Position numbers and translations under genes: made by a program
The notes under the pieces: model-generated
Told to the model about the DNA's origin: nothing
Database searches by the model: none
What the model saw: only the letters and a program-made list of their open reading frames with translations
Shown here: positions 30,401 to 37,100 of the stretch, piece by piece
Numbering within the stretch: position 1 is the first letter of the stretch
How the letters are laid out: every line of letters begins with the position of its first letter
Assembly (NCBI GenBank): GCA_043817075.1
Contig: JBDRHG010000022.1
Coordinates: forward strand, 39,102 to 103,101
Length of the DNA stretch: 64,000 nt
Direction: 5' to 3'
Origin: an archaeon
GTDB taxonomy: Archaea; Nanobdellota; Nanobdellia; Woesearchaeales; JAADFO01

Positions 30401-32173
30401 ACAGGATCAGCGGCAGAGATGAACAATGCAAGCTGCGTGTGGAGAGTCGACCAGCAAGGAGGCGGATGGTGTGAATGGAATATGACCTATCTTCCGCCCA
30501 GTTCCGGCGGTGGAGGCATCATCGATAACATCTGGTTGGGCGCAAACCAGAGCATCCAGGATTGGCAGGCACCTATCGACTATAAATGCTGGTCAGGCAA
30601 TTGCGGGACGACCGTGGATGCGGGAGACTACTTCATCCTGCTCCATATGGGCGACACTATGGTCAATGTGACGGTCAACGGCACCTATGTCGACATGATC
30701 GACAATACCGGCGGGTGGTTCACGGACAAATACACCAGCTCGACGTTTACCTTCTCCAACGGCTCCTGGCTCGTCGAGATCGAGGACCTCATCGGACCGG
30801 ATTACATCGCGTGGACCGTGGAGATCGGCGGTAACGGCAGCAGCGGCTCATCAATCTGCGGCAACGGCGCGCTCGAAGACGGAGAACAATGCGATGACAG
30901 CAACACCGACGATGGTGACGGATGCTCATCGGTCTGCGAGAGCGAACCATCGAGCATGCTGAGCTTCTCTGTCAGCAAGACGTGCGTGAACTGCCCGGTC
31001 AATGTCGACGAGTATGCCATCTTCGAGCTGTTCGTGTGGAACAATGGGACGGTCAATGCGACGGACATCTTCATCGAGGACCAATTCAACAACAGCTACC
31101 TCAATGTGACAGGAGCGATACCCTCATGGGACGGTCTGATGGCGGACGGCAACAGCGTGCCCGAGTCTGTGGAGTGGAACGTCAATCTCACGGTCAACGA
31201 GAACTTGACGTTCTACATCAACTTCACGGCCGTGAGCAACGGGACCACCCTCAACCAGCTGATGGTCAATAACAACTCCGCTTCTGGTGAACACTTCATG
31301 TACAAGATGACCAACGAAGTAATCAATATCGGCAGCGGTGGCGGTCCCGGACCCTCCCCGAGCGCGAGAGTCGTCAAGACCTGCCTCAATTGCCCTGTAG
31401 AAGTCGGCGAGGGCGTGCTGTTCGAACTTAAGGCGATAAATAACGGTTCGGTCGACCTCAACGTGACGCTCATCGACGAATACAACACCTCTTTCCTCAA
31501 TTACACCTGGTCTGATGTGTTGTATGACACCCTCGACCTCCTCATAGGAATGGTGAGCTGGAATATCAGCACAGTAGCAGGCGAGAACGTCACTATCATC
31601 GCGAATTTCACCGCGATGAGCGCGGGAAACACAACGAACTATGCGATACTCAATAATGGCACAGCCAATATAGGAAGCTTATGGTTTGATTTCCAGATAA
31701 ACCCCGGACCTCAAGCGAACGGCGGAGCATGCGGCGACAATAGCTCATGCATCAGTGGCTACTGCAACAACGACTTCTGCTGTGATTCAGGAGAATGCTG
31801 CAGCATATCAGCAGATTGTCCAGGCGCATACAGCACCGCGGCCCAATGCGACAATATGACTGGATGCCAAGGCTACAGGATAGATGCGACATGCAGCAGC
31901 AACCAATGCGGAAGCACAGCGAGCATAGATGACGACAGCGCGTGCAATGGCGCTGTCGAAGCGCTGACATGCGGATATTACCAGTCAGAATACTGTACTG
32001 GCGCCGCTGACCAGAGCGCACCGACATGCCCGGTGACCTGCAGCATCGACGGAGAATGCGATGCCAATGCGCATTGCGACATCGTCTGTCTAGAGGACCT
32101 CAGCAGCGGCCAAGCATGCGATGAGCCCAGCGATTGCGTATCCGATTCGTGCTCTGGAGGATTCTGCGACTGA
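21464..32173 (+). CDS. Giant secreted surface protein (~3570 aa): sequon-dense Ig-like domains, Cys-rich blocks, DUF11-like repeats
   Basis: The ORF is open from GTG 21458, but ATG 21464 has the better RBS. Signal peptide ILFAVVLLLCINIAAG. There are very many N-x-S/T sequons. Other motifs are DNDGDC / DDDCDGRIDED, CGNGALEDGEQCDDSNTDDGDGCSSVCE (myxococcal-type Cys-rich repeat) and two VxKTCxNCPV... DUF11-like repeats. Confidence 0.85.
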   Translation: MRRILFAVVLLLCINIAAGEVLVLSLNKGEFTTGETAVISGAVLDDSLNGVNASNVWVYLDGTLEASLVSDSSGDYSYSLTNLSAGDHNLTANTTSSSQRLTFSVLSAALTPSYQIIASSLTVPFRDPALNFTVKKFLGTILTSDSYTYDVFYANGTAANTNLSGVSGTVETLSLPAKVGLFSVVVDSKKSFTVSVTKFSLKFRITDKAGNPKYTFKPNGVAYFEVEGFSNGQRLTNATVSAVVTDPTTSKKTVTFTENNGVYTGNTNVTSTTPIQLQSGDYDVEFKMQDLSNNEQIIKGFFTVLGLSVDMQLVDKQPYRAGETAEFDVVVKSLETGNLLSHNETSYTIEIVKDGNNYDASAVVSSASTDATKTSRLSLSIPSDLADGHYFLKARAASSGKKGKGSEFFEVANTEVFVELTDNYGDFRDIFKPGELAKATVESNGNMTFVSLIVEDTAGVQQSATNDTPGDTTSAMTFNVPTTQGNYRLAVVATMESGATVTRYRWFKVQNYFSFLDIKNLNNQPQFTFGQGDSFLGDINVFDVTTGQGVDISSFTVKFDKIVNENTQVEYTSIQAVKNTSLSSETTGSATYLITPQSLPYGVYRIDYTLINTVGETFDGNGWFGVSAFDVSVETYDENGQQKKVFPAGKTINVTITLSDPLNGTATIHREFFTPITFDVEEGTGSALLTAASGELPSQSGYYHFGVEVTTDDGQTGLGNSFFEIRNLNFRSISVRSNGQFAPTADIVADVTLEKSGDLVNDTNITVMRVFRAWDMLEVSTSSSANPVLTNNLGRTTVTIDPASTLEPGDYFAEIRATKGTNNVFAGFGFSVVEDKVIITINDDDSIFSSNDNVEINIKVTYQNDTPKNNVTVNLTGLLNFATWGQVTTSKQAATSSNGVASITISAANFNAGRYAPVVAVEGLQNTIVGFGDGEFEIVPLTVAVSFAEDPTFSIAEDLTIYVNVTGEVTVTTAVEDINGVTQTADSFYSSGILTVNNELPPGEYFIDVTITQSSNSKTRRLWFEVLAPWAHIPPLPNPTYDENGTINFTHSVFTQGANGWNPSSGTLVIETVENLWTGNTTTVNTTIAATGQGTSLFDISSYNLGKGDYFLNFVMTENPGYAESLYFRVEKDVSIFVSPIIAENNVTIVVNTTGLSSGTEHYLERYTNYETGTETIVGGGVQATGTDVQFSIGNLDNGFYYAQLRVVDGSDEYYWDVNFDVRVREVTIDGPSDAFVNNNVTFNISSATSSTFWIIDPFTQTVLISQPITPGNTTVNHTFSYPGFFMYSYGDDKWDAFKNHQGLEIMSVGYSVQWPFDDNRYVLTGTKNFTFNVTAGLTDTPLTLRIKNLFTGDVTTRTDLTTHSVANNIKTFSFDIDGDLGLVNGPHDVELVLEDGSSQSPKAFFFIDIFPDQYQMWAWTERWEYNVGENITLRIEVYDILQNWQKQTPDNVVLGRLEDPFGMDVSASMDWAGGGTASIPIGVSWTSGYYHGELNITESGTTKTVPFDLQVRGNDNIELFWNQNKWDYSSNEVFSLRVEARDGGSPVAGVPAQLMAFQQWPEDYDSEPQDQMGNITGAFNFSTADNTTDANGVITFNIDLGTATLPTGGFTGRLNIGGQIVWFDFQQRSYFVDAYPESWEYGISDTVQINVRARNIDNWNPISEDGNVTIERVQRHEPGSWQPVEISPAAFGLQNTQFSVVGGEALLEMQANSTALNITKPYEFELKLSMDLEGSGSSEGWAWFRMSNTDKPNVTLVDNTGSAPESYFSGQTYTVKVTNINSGTIRNIWGPCGGSVNTALVNLSDVFQANITGPNCPGFYDIEIEIARGEGFTEHVYKQFSIGSGMEMNFESDGHAVPEVNFSVMVMLFGEGEDPFCLPENGCNPWGTWFGPLGNKTVTLIGMKDLANFSYINLTVQDLSKKTNGFPSWMIPTSGGGASCDSVSNETVCNQTNDCIWAFNPGQGFDTCMSTQMMCSSFNGDESGCTNAGCDYDIGMNECNSASAPESSSGGGGGEFMDFDEMPGHATFTLNPTVLGMVAGNKYDLIFEYIDDDNESNTGKQLIQVERFHAAISKRERNLGANSGQQVWLQTTDLYGVPLQGCDIIYSSIYDEKNYQLVKTLSINNETDENGSLSFSYTTPSLPGTYVVDGTATCNISGVLITQESGYFIQVGAKSLEVDMKTKINEEEKIKLSFTTKDRLGQPTDQRLEISLYHERADYSQPVYSLGGSDCTSLDANQQWEYMSSGGTFADNRLEITTDASGQYELELCPMPRGTYSVHVFPLFEFGEEGPAGGITEGPKEDESSFDAAFIVSSADITVTSDLIYMVGDNVTLNITAYDGDGLPISGQIVAMKSALGIHDESAIIQRLSDGQTVNVTNGTAQVSYTIPSVAQDKDGENVTVSHGAVDLRFILRDSAGNRFPYENMQYAVRRSAFSTVTAPTSVKTNRMIPIHVETDNLTRFKVQDGVYFLQDNTDKTKDWIIENGVFLQDNGDGSSSADLQILSPREPGSYFIGMLIFDIAKSAFNPDDAAELLVLPIDVTLDLINVTGNVVESDNVTPIDGATVRIGKLETTTAADGTFSMDIPQGKSAIEIERTVQTGNKQFMKTSQHTFDANAEINVTFYGVMLNGSLQQTLFNISSPSVDLSTMRLRINVSINNTGGVELDNVSIRATAMSGDELKNKTFTGYGTGSVFFQNLYAGFEIGTYSLAIKMSETSWDGSSYVLINGQPTNSTVGAILKKSYDVWTYAVAGDNLDNDGDCALNATMVAGCVPHESWVAGTCVDEEVDNNKDDDCDGRIDEDLEGTGYFEWCGNSFCSSEEASSGTCFEDCAQGYCGDSTCQAGEETWCASDCSANVTTCNTPNQCLTDGSPNFCNMWNITEPASWCGSSCDADNCWACGYDECASKGCMLGEEGSNWWCFMQETCGDDACFACKTSGECGGTSVCEWDIDSYSPDGGWCNRPWDCSSECGACNSEPDCTGSAAEMNNASCVWRVDQQGGGWCEWNMTYLPPSSGGGGIIDNIWLGANQSIQDWQAPIDYKCWSGNCGTTVDAGDYFILLHMGDTMVNVTVNGTYVDMIDNTGGWFTDKYTSSTFTFSNGSWLVEIEDLIGPDYIAWTVEIGGNGSSGSSICGNGALEDGEQCDDSNTDDGDGCSSVCESEPSSMLSFSVSKTCVNCPVNVDEYAIFELFVWNNGTVNATDIFIEDQFNNSYLNVTGAIPSWDGLMADGNSVPESVEWNVNLTVNENLTFYINFTAVSNGTTLNQLMVNNNSASGEHFMYKMTNEVINIGSGGGPGPSPSARVVKTCLNCPVEVGEGVLFELKAINNGSVDLNVTLIDEYNTSFLNYTWSDVLYDTLDLLIGMVSWNISTVAGENVTIIANFTAMSAGNTTNYAILNNGTANIGSLWFDFQINPGPQANGGACGDNSSCISGYCNNDFCCDSGECCSISADCPGAYSTAAQCDNMTGCQGYRIDATCSSNQCGSTASIDDDSACNGAVEALTCGYYQSEYCTGAADQSAPTCPVTCSIDGECDANAHCDIVCLEDLSSGQACDEPSDCVSDSCSGGFCD

Positions 32174-32229
32174 TCGCGGTGATGAAAATGCACAACACTA
32201 ACCAAAAAATGAGAACGAGGGGAAACACG

Positions 32230-33411
32230 ATGAAAACGACCATCATCATGATCTTAGCGCTTCTGTTCGTGCCTGCCGCGATGGCAGCGACACTCACCTG
32301 CCAGCAGACGACGGACGCCAGCCTGTCCATCCCGCAGTTCTCGAGCCAGAACGTCGAGATCACCTGTACGGCGAGCGGCGGGACGGTGAGCACGATACAG
32401 ATCTCACCAAACCCTGATCCTTCGACCGGGCTGACGTTCACGAGCTCTCAGACCATGAGCTCCAGCCTGACCGACCAGGAGACAGGGACGGCGACATGGA
32501 GCGTGACGGGTGATTCACCCAACACCTATTCGGTGTCGTACACGCTCTTGTCCGACGGGACCAATTCGTGGACAGGCGCGCAGACGACCTCGATCGTCGT
32601 GCCGTCGGCGGCGCAGCTCACGGTCGAATACGTGCTCCCTCCCGCCCTCTTCACTCCGGCGGTCGAGACGCTCGACTTCAAGATCAACAATATCGGCGGG
32701 ACGACCGCCAACGACGTCAAGATCCAGCTCGACGACGGAACCATCCGCGACTATCCGGTCACGATCGGTGCGGGCGCCTCATCAGCCTACAGCTGGACCA
32801 ACACGACAGGTTTCAACACGTCAGGGACCTATACCACCAAAGTCTATATCGGTTCTGTATTGCATGACAGCGCGACCGCCCAGGTGCTGACCAGCAGCGA
32901 GGGGAATAATATGACTGCTAATTGGAATCTGATCAGCCTGGTCGAAGAGCCGGCGGATCTCAGCGTCAGTTCCGTGCTCACCGGTGCGAACTGGAGCAGC
33001 GTCTGGGCATGGAACACCGGCCTGAAGAGCTTCCAGCAGAGCATCTGGACCGAGGATGGCCCTGCAGGTCCGCTCACGACCTTCGAGATGAATCGCGGAT
33101 ATTGGGTGCTGTTCAACGAAGCGTTCACGCTCAATCTCGATGGAAGCGTTCCCTCGAACCACAATATCTCACTGGCGACAGAATGGAACCTGATCGGGTA
33201 CTCATCGGACAGCGCAGCGACCGCGACGACCATCCTGACAGGCCTCAATTACAGCAGCCTCTGGATGTGGAATGAGTCGGCTAACGCCGGTGCAGGCGGT
33301 TGGAAGAGTCACCTCATCATCGACGGAACCGTGGTAGGGCCTCTGGAGACATTCCATCCGGGCTACGGCTACTGGATCGACATGAATGAGGCCGGAAACC
33401 TGGTCTATTAG
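32230..33411 (+). CDS. Secreted protein with two C-terminal WNLI(S/G) modules
   Basis: The ORF is open from 32134, but MKTTIIMILALLFVPAAMA at 32230 is a clean signal peptide. NWNLISL... and EWNLIGY... modules end in GYWV/GYWI, as in 1..1208. Confidence 0.75.
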   Translation: MKTTIIMILALLFVPAAMAATLTCQQTTDASLSIPQFSSQNVEITCTASGGTVSTIQISPNPDPSTGLTFTSSQTMSSSLTDQETGTATWSVTGDSPNTYSVSYTLLSDGTNSWTGAQTTSIVVPSAAQLTVEYVLPPALFTPAVETLDFKINNIGGTTANDVKIQLDDGTIRDYPVTIGAGASSAYSWTNTTGFNTSGTYTTKVYIGSVLHDSATAQVLTSSEGNNMTANWNLISLVEEPADLSVSSVLTGANWSSVWAWNTGLKSFQQSIWTEDGPAGPLTTFEMNRGYWVLFNEAFTLNLDGSVPSNHNISLATEWNLIGYSSDSAATATTILTGLNYSSLWMWNESANAGAGGWKSHLIIDGTVVGPLETFHPGYGYWIDMNEAGNLVY

Positions 33412-33420
33412 GAGTAGAGG

Positions 33421-34170
33421 ATGAAAAAGACGACCATCATCGGGGCTGCTATGTTGTTGCTTGCCATAGGTATGGTAACCGCTCAGGCTCCTCCTGAGCG
33501 GCCCATCATCATCGCCGGCGAAGTCATCATCGACGGGCAGCCCGGAGACGGAGCACTATTCGAGATCAAGGTGACAGATGATGCATCCGGCGTTGATCTC
33601 TATTCAGGTACCGGCACGGTCGGATCGGTCACATCAGGATTCATCTATGACGCTGAGGTCCCGGCGAACAGCATCGGGGACGAGATCACGCTGACCGTGG
33701 TGGCTACGGATACGCCTGGTTTCTCGTGGACCCATGCCATCTCTGGAGAGGAATGGGAGAATTCAGCCGTCGTGGTACCGACGGTGACATTGGAGACCAG
33801 CCAGACAAATCCCCCTAGCAGCCAGACTAATGACGGCGGTTCAGGAGGACAAACGACCGGAACGGATGGCTCGACAGGGACGGAAACGACGGGTGATGAT
33901 GAATTATTGCCTCTGACTGATGAACCTGAAGCAGAGGATCAGCCTCCCGCTGCGGAGACCATCGGGACAAAGGGCGAACCTGAGCCAATGTTGGCAGATA
34001 CGGAAGATACAAAACCGGAAGCGACCCAAGATCAGCCTGAAACAGAACCTGGTACTGATGAAGGAGAAAGGACAAAAGGCATCGGTCTGCCGATGACGAT
34101 TGCCATTGTCGCTGTGATCATAGTAATCATTGTGATGTTATTCGTGTTCAAAAAAAGGGGTGTGAATTAA
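33421..34170 (+). CDS. Secreted, C-terminally anchored protein with acidic Pro/Glu/Thr linker
   Basis: Signal peptide (AAMLLLAIGMVTAQA), a beta-rich domain, an acidic linker, then a TM helix (MTIAIVAVIIVIIVMLFVF) followed by KKRGVN. Confidence 0.8.
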   Translation: MKKTTIIGAAMLLLAIGMVTAQAPPERPIIIAGEVIIDGQPGDGALFEIKVTDDASGVDLYSGTGTVGSVTSGFIYDAEVPANSIGDEITLTVVATDTPGFSWTHAISGEEWENSAVVVPTVTLETSQTNPPSSQTNDGGSGGQTTGTDGSTGTETTGDDELLPLTDEPEAEDQPPAAETIGTKGEPEPMLADTEDTKPEATQDQPETEPGTDEGERTKGIGLPMTIAIVAVIIVIIVMLFVFKKRGVN

Positions 34171-34171
34171 T

Positions 34172-37100
34172 ATGAGATTGTCCAGCATTTTGTTGTTCGG
34201 GGCGCTGTTTATATCGCTCGCGCTTGTGAGCTCAGCGGCCCCACCATCGACATCTCTCGTGGTGTTCGGTAAGGTCTATATGGCCAATGGATCGAATGCC
34301 ACCGGAGCGAATTACACCATCAATGCCTACGTGTCGTACACCAACCTCACATCGGTGAACCAGACCACGGGTCAACTACCGACAGGTCTCGACGTCAATA
34401 ATAACCTGTACGATAATGGCCTCTATGTCCAGGGCGCAGGTAACCTCCTCGAGGTCATCGTCGCCTACTACAGCAGTGGCGTGGTGCAGCAGAACGACAG
34501 CTGGCTATACAACATCACGGCTAGCGATGAATCGAATTCCTTCGTCATGATGCCGACGATGACCCTCACCGACGTGCAGGCACCCAGCCAGGTAAGCGGA
34601 TTCTCAGGCGTCTCGATGGGCGACGGAGAAGCGGTCAACCTCACCTGGACCGCCAACACCGACGACACGCTCGGATATAAGCTGTACAGGGACGGATCAG
34701 TGATCGGAAGCTTCACCCCTGCTTCCAACGCCACCTACCTGGACACGGGCCTGACCAACGGCCAGCAATACGACTACTCAATCACCGCATACGACAGCGC
34801 ACCCAATTTCGCCACGAACGCGACGACGTCCGTCACACCCCAGGACACGCTCGCGCCCGCCCAGGTCACTGGTGTCGTCGTATCATCAAGCAACCAGACA
34901 CTCAATATGTCATGGAGCGGCGTCTCCACCAATAGCGACGGATCATCGATCAGCGATTTCGCGACCTACCGGGTCTACAGCAATATGAGCGGCGCATGGG
35001 GTCTGATCGCGTCCACCACCTCATTGCTCTGGAGCAATAGCTCACTGCAGAACCAGGTCGCCTATTATTTCACCGTCGCCGCAGTGGATGATGATGGCAA
35101 CGAAGGCCAGAACTCGTCGACAACCACAGGCACCCCTGCAGCGAGGCCCACCATCAGCATCGCACCGAGCGAAGGCATCATCACCTCAGGGACCACGATC
35201 AATGTGACCATCTCGTCGTCAGCGAACCTCGATGCTGCGAGCTACCAGGTCTATAACTCATCGATCGACATCATCGACAATCAGCAGAATGGCTCGATCG
35301 ACGCTGCATCATGGACCTACACCATCGATCCGTCTGCGTGGGCAGAAGCGATGGCGCATACTGTCGCGATCTGGGCGAATGACACCAACGCCCAGGCGAA
35401 TTCACAGAACTTCACGTATACCGTCGACGATACCAGGCCCGCGGTGACCGGGATGCTCATGGAAGACGGCGATAGCCTCGTGACGAGCAGCGCCAGCGTC
35501 CGGTTCAATGTGACCGTGACAGACGTGAGCACGATTGCCACCGTGACTTTCGGGGCTTCCGGCACAGAGGTCGGCTTGACAAATAGCACTCCGACGCTGT
35601 TCTCGGCGACGACCGATGCCTCGACGCTCGGTTGCTCATCCACTGACGGTAATTGTACTGTCACCTTCGTCGCGACCGATGTCGCAGGGAACATCAACAG
35701 CAGCGAGACGCTGACATTTTCCATCGACGATGTCTCACCGACCGTGACAGGAGCTATCGCGGACGACGCTGACGGCTATCTGAAGAGCACCGACGCCGTC
35801 AAGATCAATGTCACCGTCGCCGACAGCAATACGATTTCGACCGTGAATGTCTCTGGAGGGACGGCGTTGCCCATGAGCCTGCTCACGGGCAGCGTCTACA
35901 ACCTGACCGCGACACCTGCGGCCTTAGGATGCAGCGAAGGAAGCTGCATATTGACTTTTACCGCAGTCGATCTCTTAGGGAATAGCAATACGACAACAAC
36001 GCTCTCACTGACCGTGGACGATACTGAGCCATCGCTCTGGGACTCCGGCGTCAATGATACAGACGCAAAGGTAAAGAGCACCGACAGCGTGCTGTTCAGG
36101 ATCAATGTCTCTGACACCAATCTCTCAACCGTGTCTATCAACGGGACTATGATGACCAACACCGCAGGAAACCTTTACACGACTACCAACACCACCGCGG
36201 ATTGGGGCTGTGCCGGTTCTGGTTCCTGCACGTTTTCCATCACAGCGACCGATCTCGTCGGGAACACCAATACCACGACGGCGACGGTGACTGTGGACGA
36301 TATCGTCCCGACTGTCTTCAATGGCGCGATCGACGATACAGATTCCCTGGTGAAGAGCACTGACACCATCACGGTGACGGTCAACGCCACCGACACCGGC
36401 ACCAGCATCACGAATGTCTCAGTCTCCGGCATCACTATGACCGGCAGCGGCACCGCATATACGTTGAGCAGCACGACGGCTGCTGCGCTCGGATGCACCA
36501 CGACAGGAGCATGCGTGCTCACGGTGACCGCGGTCGACGAGGTGCTCAATACCAATACCACGACGATCGCCTTCACTGTAGATGATGATATGCCTGCGGT
36601 GTTCGCGCAAGGATATAACGAAACGACCATCGGGCTGTCGAAGACCATCCAGCTCTACGCCAATGTGACCGACAATATCGGCGTGTTCAATGTCAGTGCC
36701 AGGTTCGAGAGCAATGCGCCGATCCCACTGAGCCTCTCTTCGGGCGCGCTGTATTCAGTGGAGACGACCGCGACCGCGCTGGGGATATCGACGACCGGCA
36801 GCCATACCGTGACCATCACCGCGTATGACAACGTCAGCAACATGAACAGTTCAGAGACTGTGGTGCTCGATGTCGACGCAAGCATGCCGGTGGTGCTGAG
36901 CGCGACCGCCAACACGACGTATGCCTTCTCGACGACGTCCATCAACTTCTCCGCGTTCGTCAACGACACGTCGCTGACCAGCGTGCTGCTCAACGGCACG
37001 GTGATGAGCGGGACCGCAGGCGGCACCTTCTCGACGATCAACACAACGGCCGACTGGGGATGCCAGGGGATAGAAGGCGACTGCACGTTCCTCGTAGAGG